Positions 21,540-33,299 of a stretch of 64,000 bases of DNA are shown piece by piece (the first letter of the stretch is position 1; every line of letters starts with the position of its first letter). The stretch spans positions 135,160,001-135,224,000 of the forward strand of contig NC_082715.1 in assembly GCF_030144855.1 (NCBI RefSeq), in the 5' to 3' direction. The translations under genes and the position numbers were made by a program. Source of the stretch: Hypanus sabinus. Its lineage: Eukaryota. The notes beneath the pieces are model-generated. The model was not told the origin of the DNA and did not search any database. It saw only the letters and a list, made by a program, of their open reading frames with translations.

Positions 21540-24180
21540 TGTTTGATATCATTATATACCCAGAGAGAATGTGGTAAAACACGTTCTCAGAAGTAGAAAG
21601 GTCCAGACTAAGAGAAGGCAGAGCAAAGAAGATATTCTCAAGAACTAAAGCTAAATCAACAAGAGGAGGGTCATAACAGGACCTAGTGTTGGATAATGAG
21701 CCTGGCCAGGTGACTGACCTTTCAGTGGATGAACGGTTCGGGAACAGAGGCGACAGCTCCTTATATTTCAGGATAGCTATAGATAAGGATAGGTATGGTC
21801 CTTGTCGGAGTTTGAAATTGCAGTAGGACAAACTATGAGGGCATTGGGCAGGAACTAAGATTTGATTGGGAACACCTTTATTCTGGTAAGTCCACATCAG
21901 ACACGTGGAGGGTGTTTAAAGATCATTTGCACAGAGTACAGGAAAAGTGGATGAAGATGGCCATAGGATTAACTTTGAGGGCACAAAACTACTGCGTCAC
22001 GCCAATTGCTTTTGGGACTGCCTGGCTAAGCCAGCCATTGAAATAAAACTAGAGTAGAAGAATTTTAACAAAGATGAAGGTCTTGTTCTTAATTAAGAAC
22101 TGAAATTCAATTGTAAATAAAGTGGGACTGCAGAAAGCTGATTGGATAAGGACTAACCAATCAGGAAGGATGGACAACGGGGGGGGGGGGGGGGGGGGTT
22201 GTCATCAAAACGTCGGTTAAGACCAAGAATATATTCATCATACACGCCAGGACATAATAGGTCCTTTTTCATTCTCTACACATATGAAGAGTAAAGGGAT
22301 AACCTAGGAGAGGGTGTGTCTGTAAGGATAAAGGGGGGAATATCTGCCTGGAAGAAGAAAATGTGAGTGTGGTACTTAATGAGTACTTTCTGCATTTCCT
22401 AAGGAAAAGGATAGCAACGACCAGAAGATCAATGTCATGTGTATAAATATGTGTGGGGTTTCAGAGATCAAAGAAGAGGAAGTTTTGGGCCTCCTAATGG
22501 CTATTAAGGTGGATTAATCCCCAGGGCCTGATGGGATTTACCCAAGTTACTAAAGGTGCCCTTAACCAGCATTTTTGTGTCCTCTCTAGCAACAGTCAAG
22601 TCCTGGAGACTGGAGATTGGCTGATGATGTACCTCTACTTAAGAAGGGAACAAGGGAGAATCCTGGGAAATGCAGACCAATGAGTCTCACGTCAGTTGTA
22701 GGGAAATTGCTGTAGAAAATTCTTAAGGATAAGATATATAAACATTTGGAAACCCATGGTCTAATTAGGGACAGCCAGCTTGATTTGAGGTTTTTGACAA
22801 GGTGATGAAAGAGATTAATGAGTGTAGTAGGGCAGTGGATGTTGTCTACGTGGATTTCAGTAAGGCCTTTGACAAAGTCCCTCATGGGAGGCTAACCCAG
22901 AAGATTAAAATGCATAGGATCTGCAGCAAGTTGGCTGTTTAGATTCACAGCAGGTTTGCACATAGAAGACAGAGGGTAATGGTTGAAGTGACTTATTCAA
23001 GCTGGAGGTCTGTAATTAGTGGTGTTCCACAGGGATCTGTGCTGGGATTTCTGCTGTCGACCTGGTTGAAAATATTGATCACTGGGTTAATAAATTTGCA
23101 GATGACACTAAGATTAATGAAGTTGTGTATAGTGAAGAAGACTGGCAAAGAACAGAGTACAATGTTGATCATTGCAGATATGGGCTGAGAAATGGCAGAT
23201 GGAGTTTCACCCAGATAAATGTGAGGCATTGATAGGCAAATATAAGGATACAGTACACTATTAAGGGCAAGACCCTCAATGGTGTTGCTGAGCAGAGAGA
23301 TCTTGGGATCGAAGTTCATAGCTTCTTGAAAGTGTCTTCACAGGTTGGCAAGGTGGTTAAGAAGGCTTATGGAATGCTTGCTTTTATTAGTTGAGGCACA
23401 GAGTTCTAGAGTCAGTACATTATGTTGCAACTTTATAAAACTTTGGTTTGGCCATATCTGGAGTACAATTCTGGTCACCCAACTTTGGCAACATTTCCAG
23501 ACTCTGGATTTGGGGATTGCCAAATGTTACATGGATTTTCTGGTGTAGTCTGGTTGTCATGTGCTTTTGTGATATCATTCTAGAGGAACGTTGCTTCATT
23601 TTTTAAGGCACGCTGCATTGCAGTTGTGGTATCTAAATGACAATAAACCAAAATTCAATTCAATTTAATGTTGAGGCTTTGGAGAGGGTGCAGAAGTAGT
23701 TCACCACAATGCTGCCTGGTTCAGAAAGCATGTACTATCACAAGAGGATTGATAAACTTGGGTTGGTTTCTCTGGAGTGTTGGAGGCTCAGGGGAGATTC
23801 GATACATCTTTATAAGATTATGAGAGGCATAGATAGACTGGACAGAGGCTATGTGTTTCCCAGGGTTGAAATGTCAAATGTCAACTTCCAGAGGGCATGC
23901 ATTGAAGGTGAGAGGGGGTAGGTTAAGGGGGGGTTGGGAGGAGTAAATCTTTTACTCAGAGTCATGGATGCCTGGAATGCACTGCCAAGTACGGTGATAG
24001 AGACAAATACAACAGGGGCTTTTAAGAGAAGCTTGGATGCACACATAGATACAATGAGGATGGAGGGATATGGACATGGTGTATGTACAGGGATTTCGGT
24101 GACTTTGATTTGCTTTCTAGCTGGTTTGGCAGGATAATGTGGGTAGAATGGCCTGTTCCTCTGCATTACACTTCTATGTT
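21540..24180 (+). mobile_element. Degraded CR1 LINE in intron of ZNF gene 1, with nested short insertions at ~21960-22275 and ~23490-23665
   Basis: DLVL.NEPGQV (EN end), DFSKAFDKVPH, SGVPQGSVLG, LE.WRLRGD, WNALP motifs; ends with a TTCTATGTTCT-type tail. Confidence 0.88.
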
Positions 24181-24369
24181 CTAAAGCTGATGGAAGGATT
24201 TTGTTCTATTTCTCCATACAGCCTTTACTGGCATTTTCAGTGACTGGAAGTTGATTCCTCATTGGAGATTAAATCTCCAATTTTTGTTCCCAGTCCCTAA
24301 TCCCTGGAATTCGGTAGCTTGAGTTTGGCAGTGTTTGGGAGACCCATCCTATCATATTCCTTCCGCCTA

Positions 24370-24830
24370 CGCTTCCAAACACACCCTACGGACTGGTGAG
24401 GAAAGCGGTAAAATCACAGCCATGACGGCCTCTTTACCCAGAAATCCCCACGAATAGGATACCCATCTATCCATCACGCTTCCGGTAACGCGCATGCGTA
24501 GCAGAAATGGCGCCGACGCCATTGTATATAAGCGAAATCGCAGTGGCGTCCGAATAGAGAGGTGGGGCTGACAGAGAGGGAAAGCACCGAGACTGTTCCG
24601 AATTTGTGGGGCCACCATATTACCGGAACTCACAGCAGTTTTCCGTTAGCCACAGTGCCGACACCAGTACTGATGAATCCCGAAGCCGCAGTCCCGCTTC
24701 TTCCTGCTGCCGATTCACCAGTTTGTCCGCTGAGCTCTGCGCATGCGTAATTCCGGGAATTTTTTTCGGGCACTTCTTACGCCTGCGCAGTTGATCGCGG
24801 GTCATTGAGGGCGAATTGTGCCCTGTTGGG
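24370..24830 (-). promoter_or_regulatory. CpG-rich promoter / non-coding first exon of ZNF gene 1
   Basis: Local CpG enrichment; NRF1-like GCGCATGCG at ~24490 and ~24740; YY1-like AAATGGCG/CGCCATT at ~24504-24523; ETS TTCCGG. Minus-strand donor GTGAGT at 24628-24633. Conserved in three paralogous copies. Confidence 0.7.
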
Positions 24831-25494
24831 AGCAACTATCACAAAATGCTGGAGAAACTCAGAATATCAACAGGCATCCCCTACCCTGAGAGAAAAAAAA
24901 CTGACCATCTGCCTTATTTACAAACTTAATATAATTTATATGATCATCCTGAGCGTCCTGCGTTGAGGAAAACAATCTGTGACAGAGATGGAGAACACTT
25001 GGTAAACGCTCTTTATGCACACACACAAACGCACACAAATATTTTGTAGTTCTGTTGTCATTCTTATAAGGTTCACATAAGGTATCGGCTTTATGGTATT
25101 TCCCTGCAACACACCGGGGAATATTCTTCTTTAGTGGTCAAATGTGCAAATGTGTATATATTGTTTGTGTGCTGTATGTAACGTGGATACTTTTGTTTAT
25201 TTTGTAATATGATTGTAACTACATTATGGCGTGCATCTTAGTCTAAATCGCGTGTAGTCTTAATTTAAGTTTGTTCATAATTGACAGGGTTTTTTGCTCA
25301 GAGATTGAACTGCGATGAGTTCATAATGGACAAATAGTATGGAGCTATTTATTGTGTCATGGTAGATTTTTTTTGAAAATATTGGCAGTTTCTTTTCACT
25401 AATTTGTGTATGCTTGAATTTTGACACATGAAAGTGCAAAGCGACTTCAGCCGTTTTTTCGCTTTGGTCAGAACCCACTCCTTTAACACAGTCG

Positions 25495-25870
25495 CAGCAT
25501 ATCCAGCTTTCCTTTATAACTCAATCTCTCCAGTCCTGGTATGAAACTTTTCTGCATCCTTCCCAACTTAATAACATCCTTTCTGTAGCTGTGAGACTGG
25601 AACTATGTGCAATATTCCAGGTGTGGAATCACTAAGGGTATTTATGAGAATGGTTCAAGGATTGAAAGGTTTATCATATGAAAAATGTTTGGTGGCTCTG
25701 TGCCTGTACTCGCTGGAATTCAGAAGAATGACGGGGAATCTCCTCGAAATCTATTGAATGGTGAAAAGCCTAGAAAAATTTGATGTGGAGAGTATGTTTC
25801 CTTCAGAGGGAGAGTACAAGACCGGAGGGCCAGCTCCAGAATGAAGGGATATCCCTTTAGAAAGAAGACA
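25495..25870. mobile_element. CR1 3' fragments in head-to-head (inverted) arrangement
   Basis: 25495-25633 minus: PHLEYC...RKDVIKLGRMQK. 25634-25870 plus: RMVQGLKGLSYE...LYSLEFRRM. Confidence 0.75.
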
Positions 25871-25874
25871 AGGA

Positions 25875-26110
25875 TGTGATGGGACGGTCCAGAACGAGTT
25901 TCACTGTGTGTGATGGGACAGTGCAGAGGGAGGTTCACTATAGGTGATGGGATGGTAGCGAGGAGGTTCACTGTATGATGGGATGGTACAGAGGGAGATT
26001 CACTGTGTTACGAGACAGTGCAGTAAGAGGGATGCTCACTATAGGTGATGGGATGGTGCAGAGGAAGTTTCACTACAGGTGATGTGATGGTGCAGAGGGA
26101 AGTTTACTGT
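25875..26110 (+). repeat. Degenerate minisatellite, ~30-38-bp unit (GATGGGATGGTGCAGAGGGAGGTTCACT...)
   Basis: About 7 imperfect tandem units visible directly. Confidence 0.85.
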
Positions 26111-26599
26111 GGTTCATCTATTGTAGAAACACTTTCCTTGTTTCTTCACAGCATCCAAGGATAAACTTGATCAGACATTGATGATTTATTCTCTTTAATG
26201 TGGTTTAAAGTTTACAGTACTCCCTGTTTTGTAATGTCAATATGCACAAAGACATGATGTTTCATTCCCTTAAATCATTAGCTTTCATCATATTCACCAG
26301 AGTAAATACAAACAAGAAGTATTCATTTAAAATGTCTTCCATCCCCTGAGCCTCCGCATGTGGATGACCACACTGATCTTTAAGGAACATGCTCTCACTT
26401 ATTAAAGATTAGCTCTCATTATTTGTCAGGAATACTTTAAAACATTAAACCATATAGTTAAATGTGTTACTCGCATCAGAGGTATGCTGGGATAGCCCAC
26501 AAATGTCGCACCACTTCGAGCACTAACATAGCATGCTCACAACTTCTAACACTGACTCATACATCTTTGGAAGTGGGAAGAAAGTTCAAAATGCCTCTA

Positions 26600-27795
26600 T
26601 TAAAGTTTAGAGTAAAATTTATTATCAGAATACATACACGTCACCACATTCAATCTTGAGATTCTTTTTTCTTGCAGGGATACTTAGGAAATCTATAGAA
26701 CACTCACTGTAAACAGAATCAATGAACAACAAACTGCAATTATAAATAAATAGCAATGAATAACGAGCATGAAATAACAAGATAAAGAGTCCTTAAGGTG
26801 AGACCATTGGTTGTGGGAACACCTAAAATTGAATATGCATAGTTATCCCCTTTTGTTCATGAGCCTAGGGCAGGTTGAAGGGCAGCAACTATTCTTGAAC
26901 CTGATTGTATGAGTTCTGGGACACTTGTACCTCCTAGCTGATGGCAGCAGCGAGAAAGCTGCGTGGCCTGGGTGGTGAGGATCTCCTGATGATGAACACT
27001 GTTTTCTATGGCAACATTTCATGTAGATGTGCTGAATGGTTGGGAGGATTTTGCCCATGATATACCTTCTGAAAATCTGCTGCCTTTTGTAGGAATTTAT
27101 GCTCAAAGGCATTGGTGTTCGTATACCAGGCTGTAATGCAGCCAGTCAGAACACTTTCCACCACACATCTATAGAATTTTGCCAAGGTTTTTGATGACAT
27201 GCTAAATCTGTGCAGACTCCTCAGAAAGTTGAGGCACTGTCATGCTTTCTCTGCAAATATATTTATAGGATATGTCCAGGACAGTTCCTCTGAGATAGTG
27301 ACACCAAGGAATTTAAAGTTTCTGACTTCCCTGACTCTGACCTTCCAATGAGTATTAGCTCATGGACCTCCAATTTCTCTCTCCTGAAGTCTCCAACCAG
27401 TTCCTTTGTCTTATTGACATTGAGTGCAAGGTTGTTGTTATTACACATTCAATCTCCAAGTTTTCAATCTCAATGAATGTATGCTGATTTATCACCCCCA
27501 ACAGTGGTGTCATCAGCAAACTTATATATGGTGTTGGAGCTGTACTTAGCCACACAGTCACAGGTGTAAAGCAAGTAGAGCAGGGGACTGAGCACTCATC
27601 CCTCTGGTGCTCCTATGCTGATGGAGATCGTGGAGATGTTTTTACAAATCTGAACTGACTGGGTTCTGCAAGTGAGGAAATCCAGGATCCAGTTGCACAA
27701 GGGGGTATTGAGGCCCAGGTCTTGGAGTTTACAGTTTAATTTTGAGGGGATGATGGCTCAACTGCATCTGATAAAGAGCATCTTCATGTATGATC
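26600..27795 (-). mobile_element. Rex1/Babar-type LINE 3' part, interrupted at 27796 by a Gypsy element
   Basis: NLALNVNKTKELV.DFRR, FYRCVVESVLTGCITAWY and LLPS.RRY...T.RFKNS motifs. A further RT fragment lies at ~30640-30720. Confidence 0.85.
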
Positions 27796-30506
27796 TGTCA
27801 GGGCACAGGAGCAGGGATTCAATTGCAGACCCAGTACTGTGCACACAGTGATATTATTTGTGCAACAAATCCCAAGATGCAAACAAAGGTGGTGTCAAAG
27901 TTCAGGCAAAGATCGAAACATCCAGAGAAATCCAAACCCCAGAATCAGGCAGAGTTGATATTCAGATGGACAGAGTACAGATACAAATGCTGGAAAGGCT
28001 CAAGAAAATTAATTAGCACAATCTAGCAACAAGCAGTTGAAAACACAGGACTAAAATACACTGAGCAATAAACAGAGAGGCAGATGATAGGTGGAGCAGA
28101 ATGAGACACAAGTGGCAGCAATACAGGTAATAATGAGAAACAGATGAGAGATGGAGTAGAACAGGAACAGGAGCACATGGCACTACAAAACCACAGACTG
28201 ACAGCTCTCCCCTTCTATGGATGCCTCGTGACATCACAGCAGGTAGAGCTGGGTGTTGGTGATGAAAGTCCCTGATGAGAGAGGGGCCCAGGATGTTATG
28301 GGTGGGGACCCAGCACCTCTCCTCAGGACCATAGCCCTCCCAGTCCACAAGGCAGTGGAGGACACGGCCCCAGCAATGACCATCCAGTAGTTGACACACC
28401 ATGAAGACCTCTGACCCATCGGTGAGCTATGTGGAAGGGGAGTGGCTCAGGAAAGGCTTGATGCAGGACACATGGAAGGTAGGATGAATGCAGCGGAGAG
28501 TGGAGGGGAGCTTGAGATGGACAGCAGCAGGGCTGATGACTTCAGCAATGGGAAAGGGGCCGATGAATCGGGGATGAGCTTGCAGGAATCCACCTTGAGG
28601 GGCAGGTCTCAGGTTGAAAGCCACACACGCTATCCTTGGCAGTAATGTGGGGTCTTGGAATGATTGCAGTCAGCTTGATGCTTGATCCTAGTAGAGGCAC
28701 AGAGAAGGGTAGAGCAAGAGTGCCTCCATGTCCACGGACAATGGCAGATGAGTGCCTCAGCAGATGGAACTCCAACCTCCTCCTCCTGGGCAGGGAACAG
28801 TGGAGGTTGGTAGCCAAGGCAGCACTCGAAGGGTGAATAGGCCGTTGGATGAGGACAGATTAGGCATGCTCAGCCCAAGGTAGCATGCTGACTCCACGAG
28901 GAGGGGTTCTGGGAGAACAGACACCGCAATACAGTCTCTAGCTGTTGGTTGGCCTGCTCTATCCGGCCATTGGTCTGTGGGTGGAATCCTGAAGACAGAC
29001 TCACAGAGGCACCCAGAAGATTACAGAAAGCCCTCCAGAAGTCAGATGTGATTTGAGAGCTCCTGTCTGACACAACATCTACAGGTAAACCATGTAATTT
29101 AAAAACATGCAAAACTAGTAATTTGGCTGCTTCTTTGGCAGAGGGGAGTTTAGGTAAAGGAATGAAGTGTACAGACTTGGAGAAACAATCAACTACAGTG
29201 AGGATGGTGGTGTTACCATCTGATGGGGGAAGTCCAGTGACAAAGTCCAGGGCTATGTGGGACCAGGGTCTCTTGGGGATAGACAGGGATTGGAACAGAC
29301 TAGCGGGTGACCGGTTAGAATTCTTGCCCTGAGCACAGACCAAGCAGACCGAGACAAAGTTGCAGATGTCACCTCCCATGGAGGGCCACCAGAACCACCG
29401 ACTGATGGAGGCCTGTGTAAGCTTGGTTCCAGGGTGATGGGATAACCGGGAAGAATGACCCCAATGCAATAGACAGAGCTGGGAACGTAAACATGGTTAG
29501 TGGGGCATTGACTAGGGGCTCCCTCGCTCTGTTGAGCAGCTTGCACCATTGCTTCAATGTCCCGTTGCGCTGCACCCACAAGACAGTGAGTGAGGAGGAT
29601 GACCCGGGATTTTGGAGAGGGAAATCAGCTTTTCCATTGCTGGAACTGGGGCGGAAGTACAGAGTAAAATTGAATCTTGAGAAAAACAGGGACCAACGAG
29701 CTTGATAGGAGTTGAGACACCAGGCCGTATGGACATATTCCAGATTCTTGTGATCAGTCCAGACTGAGAATGGCACCTTTGCCCCCTCCAGTCAATGCCT
29801 TCACTCTTCCAGAACTAGTTTCACAACCAGCAATTCCAGGTTTCTGGCATCGTTATTCTGCTCCATAGATTGAGGCAGTGAGAGAAGGCGGCTTAGGGGT
29901 GTGACTTCTCATTCTTGGCTGACTGCTGAGAAAGAACCACTTGTACACCAATGCCAGACACATCCACCTCCACAATGAATTGTCAGACGGTGTTGGGTTG
30001 AATCAGGATGGGGACAGAGGGGAAACAATCCTTTTGGTCAGAGAATGTTTTTCCAGTAGCAGGGGACTAGGAGAATCTGACAGCTGATGAGGTAACAGCA
30101 GAGAGTGGTGCAGCCAGTATACTGTAATTGCATAACAAATCTTGAGGTGCAAACAAAGTCAGCATCAAAGTTCAGGCAAAGATCAAAACATCCAAATCCA
30201 AAAACTAGAATGAGGAAACAGACAGAGTCAGTATTCAGACTGACAGAATACAGATACAAATGCTGGAAAGGCTCAGGGAAATTCACTGGCACAATCTAGC
30301 AACAAGTAGATGAAAACACAGGACTGAAATACACTGAGCAATAAACAGAGAGGCAGATGATAGGTGGAGCACAATGAGACGCAGGCCACAGCAATACAGG
30401 TAATAATGGGAAACAGGTGAGAGACGGAGTACTCAGTGATACAGGGGCCGGAGTAGATCAGGAGTGGGGACAGGAGCACATGGTAATACAAAACCACAGA
30501 CTGACA
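27796..30506 (-). mobile_element. Sushi-like chromodomain Gypsy LTR retrotransposon, internally deleted (RNaseH-IN-chromodomain retained)
   Basis: LTRs at 27796-28203 and ~30110-30506 (TGTCA...TGACA); PPT AGAAGGGGAGAGC. RNase[26 protein letters not shown]...HPQTNG, chromodomain LVDWEGYGPEERCWVP. Confidence 0.9.
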
Positions 30507-32739
30507 GCTAGGGGGAAACACACAAAAAGACAGAGTTCACCTGGAGGTACTGACAGTATCTTTGCTTTGCAAATATTCTATGGTTGTGTGCAGCACCAAT
30601 AAGATGGTATCTGCTGTAGACCTGTTGTTCCAGTAGGCAAAATAGAGCAGATCCAAGTCACCACTCAGACAGGAGCTGATATGCTTCAACACCAGCTTCT
30701 CAAAACACCATCAATGTGGATTTACTATCAAAGAATGTATAAATGATACAACCTTGAGATTTGTCTACTTACAGGCAGCCACAAAAGCCAGAAATGCAAA
30801 AGAACCCAATTTTTTTAAAAAAAGAGACCAACACCCAATGTGCAGAGAGAAGTGGGGGAAGAAACAAAAAACGATTCATGCAAACAATTAAGCAAGTAAC
30901 AGTATTCAGAATGAATTGAGTCCATAAACCCAAAACCCGCAGTAGGCCTATGCTCTCAGTCCATCATACAGGTGGGTAAATCGCTGCGAAGCGCATGGAC
31001 ATGAAGCCCAGAGCAGCCAGAGCAGAGCTTCCAGCCCATGTTCAACCTTTCCAAATTGACACGGTGCTCAGATGGATCAGTCCTTGCTCCCAGCTCCGAA
31101 ACAACTCCACTTCGACCTTCTCCACTCCACTCACTCCAACTTTGTCTCTAAAGTTCCAACTTAATTACTCCTCTCCAACTTCTCCTGGAATATGCCTCAG
31201 TCTTGCCCCAGCTCTGTCTCATACCCACATGCATCGACCTTGGATTAGCCTCGCCTTCGCTTGCTTCTTCATGGTTTGCGGTGATCGTTTACAATCTTCC
31301 ATAAAAAAAGTGTTAACAACAGAGTATTACATCAAATTTTTTGCTCTGAAAACCACCTGTCAGCTGTCACCCACCTTCTCTGGTGCTACCTTAAACTGGA
31401 AGATCTTAAACTGGAGCACCCAGAGGACATCCATGTGGTCACGGTGAGGACATATCAACAACAATGGGAATGGAGCCCAATGGATGATCACACACTGTAA
31501 AATAATTGCAGTTAATCCACATGGTCATGTGGAGAACATACAAAACTCCTTACTGACAATGTTGGGAATGGAAGCCCAATCAATCATCACACATGTAAAG
31601 TGATTATGTTAATTGCTCCATTACCCTGCACCCTTTTGCTGTTACTTTACTTGTTGACTCTCTTAGGCTTCACCTTTCCCTTTATCTACCAGAATTATGC
31701 AATGTCATTTTGCACTCCTGATTTCTCCAACCTGTACTCCTCCATCTCTTATACTCTTCATGGGATTCACAATCCCTGCTGTCTATACCTAACATACACA
31801 TTTTCCCCTTCCCTGATCAGATTCTCAACAACCAAGGTACCCTAATCCGACCATTCTGCCCCTCACTTCAGCAGTGCCATCTCATTTGTCAGATGCCCCT
31901 TTTCATGCAAGCAGATATCAATCAAAAAGCCATCGACATTTGCTGTCTGTAGAATTGCACAGCAGAGGAACATGGGTCCTTCAGTCCATGATGTCTGTGA
32001 CATACATGATGCCAAATTGAACTAAGTCTCTTCTGTCTGTAGATGATCCATATCCCTCCAGATGCACATATATGTATTTAACATTCTCATAAACACCACT
32101 TTCATTTCTGTTTCCACACTACGGCAGCTTGTTCCAGGTACCTGCCATCCTCTGTGTAAAAAAGACTTACATTGCCCGTCTTCCTGAAACTTCTTCCCCT
32201 CACTTTAAAAGCATGTCCTCTCAGCTTGTCAGACTTTAATTTGTCTATTAGTTCTGTATTTCTCCATAATTATATTAAAACTAATAGATTTATGATCACT
32301 GAACCCAATGTGATCCCCCACTGTCCCATCTGTTACTTGCCTAATTTCATTTCCCAATAGGAGATCCACTCAGGACCGCTCATCTGCAAACTGTTTCTGA
32401 AAACTTTCCTGGGAACATTTATCCAATTCTGCCCCATTCAAATACAATGGTAGTCCCATTCAATATGAGGAGCACTGACATCCCCTACCATTGCAACCCC
32501 ATTGTTCCATCAGTTCTCTGTGATTCCCTACATGTTTGTTTCTCTAATTCCTGCTGATTATTGGGAGTTTAATAAGACAATCCCATCAAAATGATCACCT
32601 CACATACTTTATATTTCTAACTTCCACCTATAGTCTCACCAGACTATCCTTCAGAAATGTACTACTAAATACTGATTCACCCTGATCCAAAAGACAAGTG
32701 CCCCTCTTCTCTCATCTCTACCTCTGTTTCATCTGTACC

Positions 32740-33067
32740 GTGAAACAATGAGTTTCTTCCCCCAAGATACCAGACTCCTCAATACCCAGAGTCTGGACTG
32801 ACGCCAACTTACTGCCCTCTTCTTTGCCTGTTGTCTTGTTTTTTTTATTTATTGTAATGCTTGCACTGTTATGTGCACTTTATGCAGTCCTGGGTAGGTC
32901 TGTAGTCTTGTGTACTTTTTTTTTCCGTGTTGTTTTTACGTAGTTCAGTGTAGTTTTTGTATTGTTTCTTGTAGCACCATGGTCCTGAAAAATGTTGTCT
33001 TGTTTTTACTGTGTACTGTACCAGCAGTTATGGTTGAAATGACAATAAAAAGTGACTTGACTTGACT
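32740..33067 (+). mobile_element. Rex/L2-group LINE 3' end
   Basis: SFFPQ..RLLN C-terminal motif, T-rich 3'UTR, AATAAA and (GACTT)n tail. Confidence 0.7.
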
Positions 33068-33299
33068 GTCCCTGCCTCACCATATTTCTATCATGGCTTC
33101 AATAATGCAATTGCTACAAGACACTCCCAACCATACCAGCTTCCGAGAATTAAATACTCTTAACTTTCCAGTGTATAGGTAGCTGGCGCAGCTTCTTTAA
33201 GGGGTTAGGATATTCCCATTAATTGATAATCATATTTTGGGCACTAAGAATTGTGTACTTAAGGAACACCTGAACATAAGATAGTGCCTGTATCAGCTT

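Noticed and set aside
22178-22198. Poly-G run as a functional G-quadruplex
   Set aside because: Simple homopolymer inside a repeat fragment, absent from the other arm, and of unreliable length.
25875-26110. CRISPR-like array
   Set aside because: Degenerate tandem units without unique spacers, no cas genes, and a vertebrate context.
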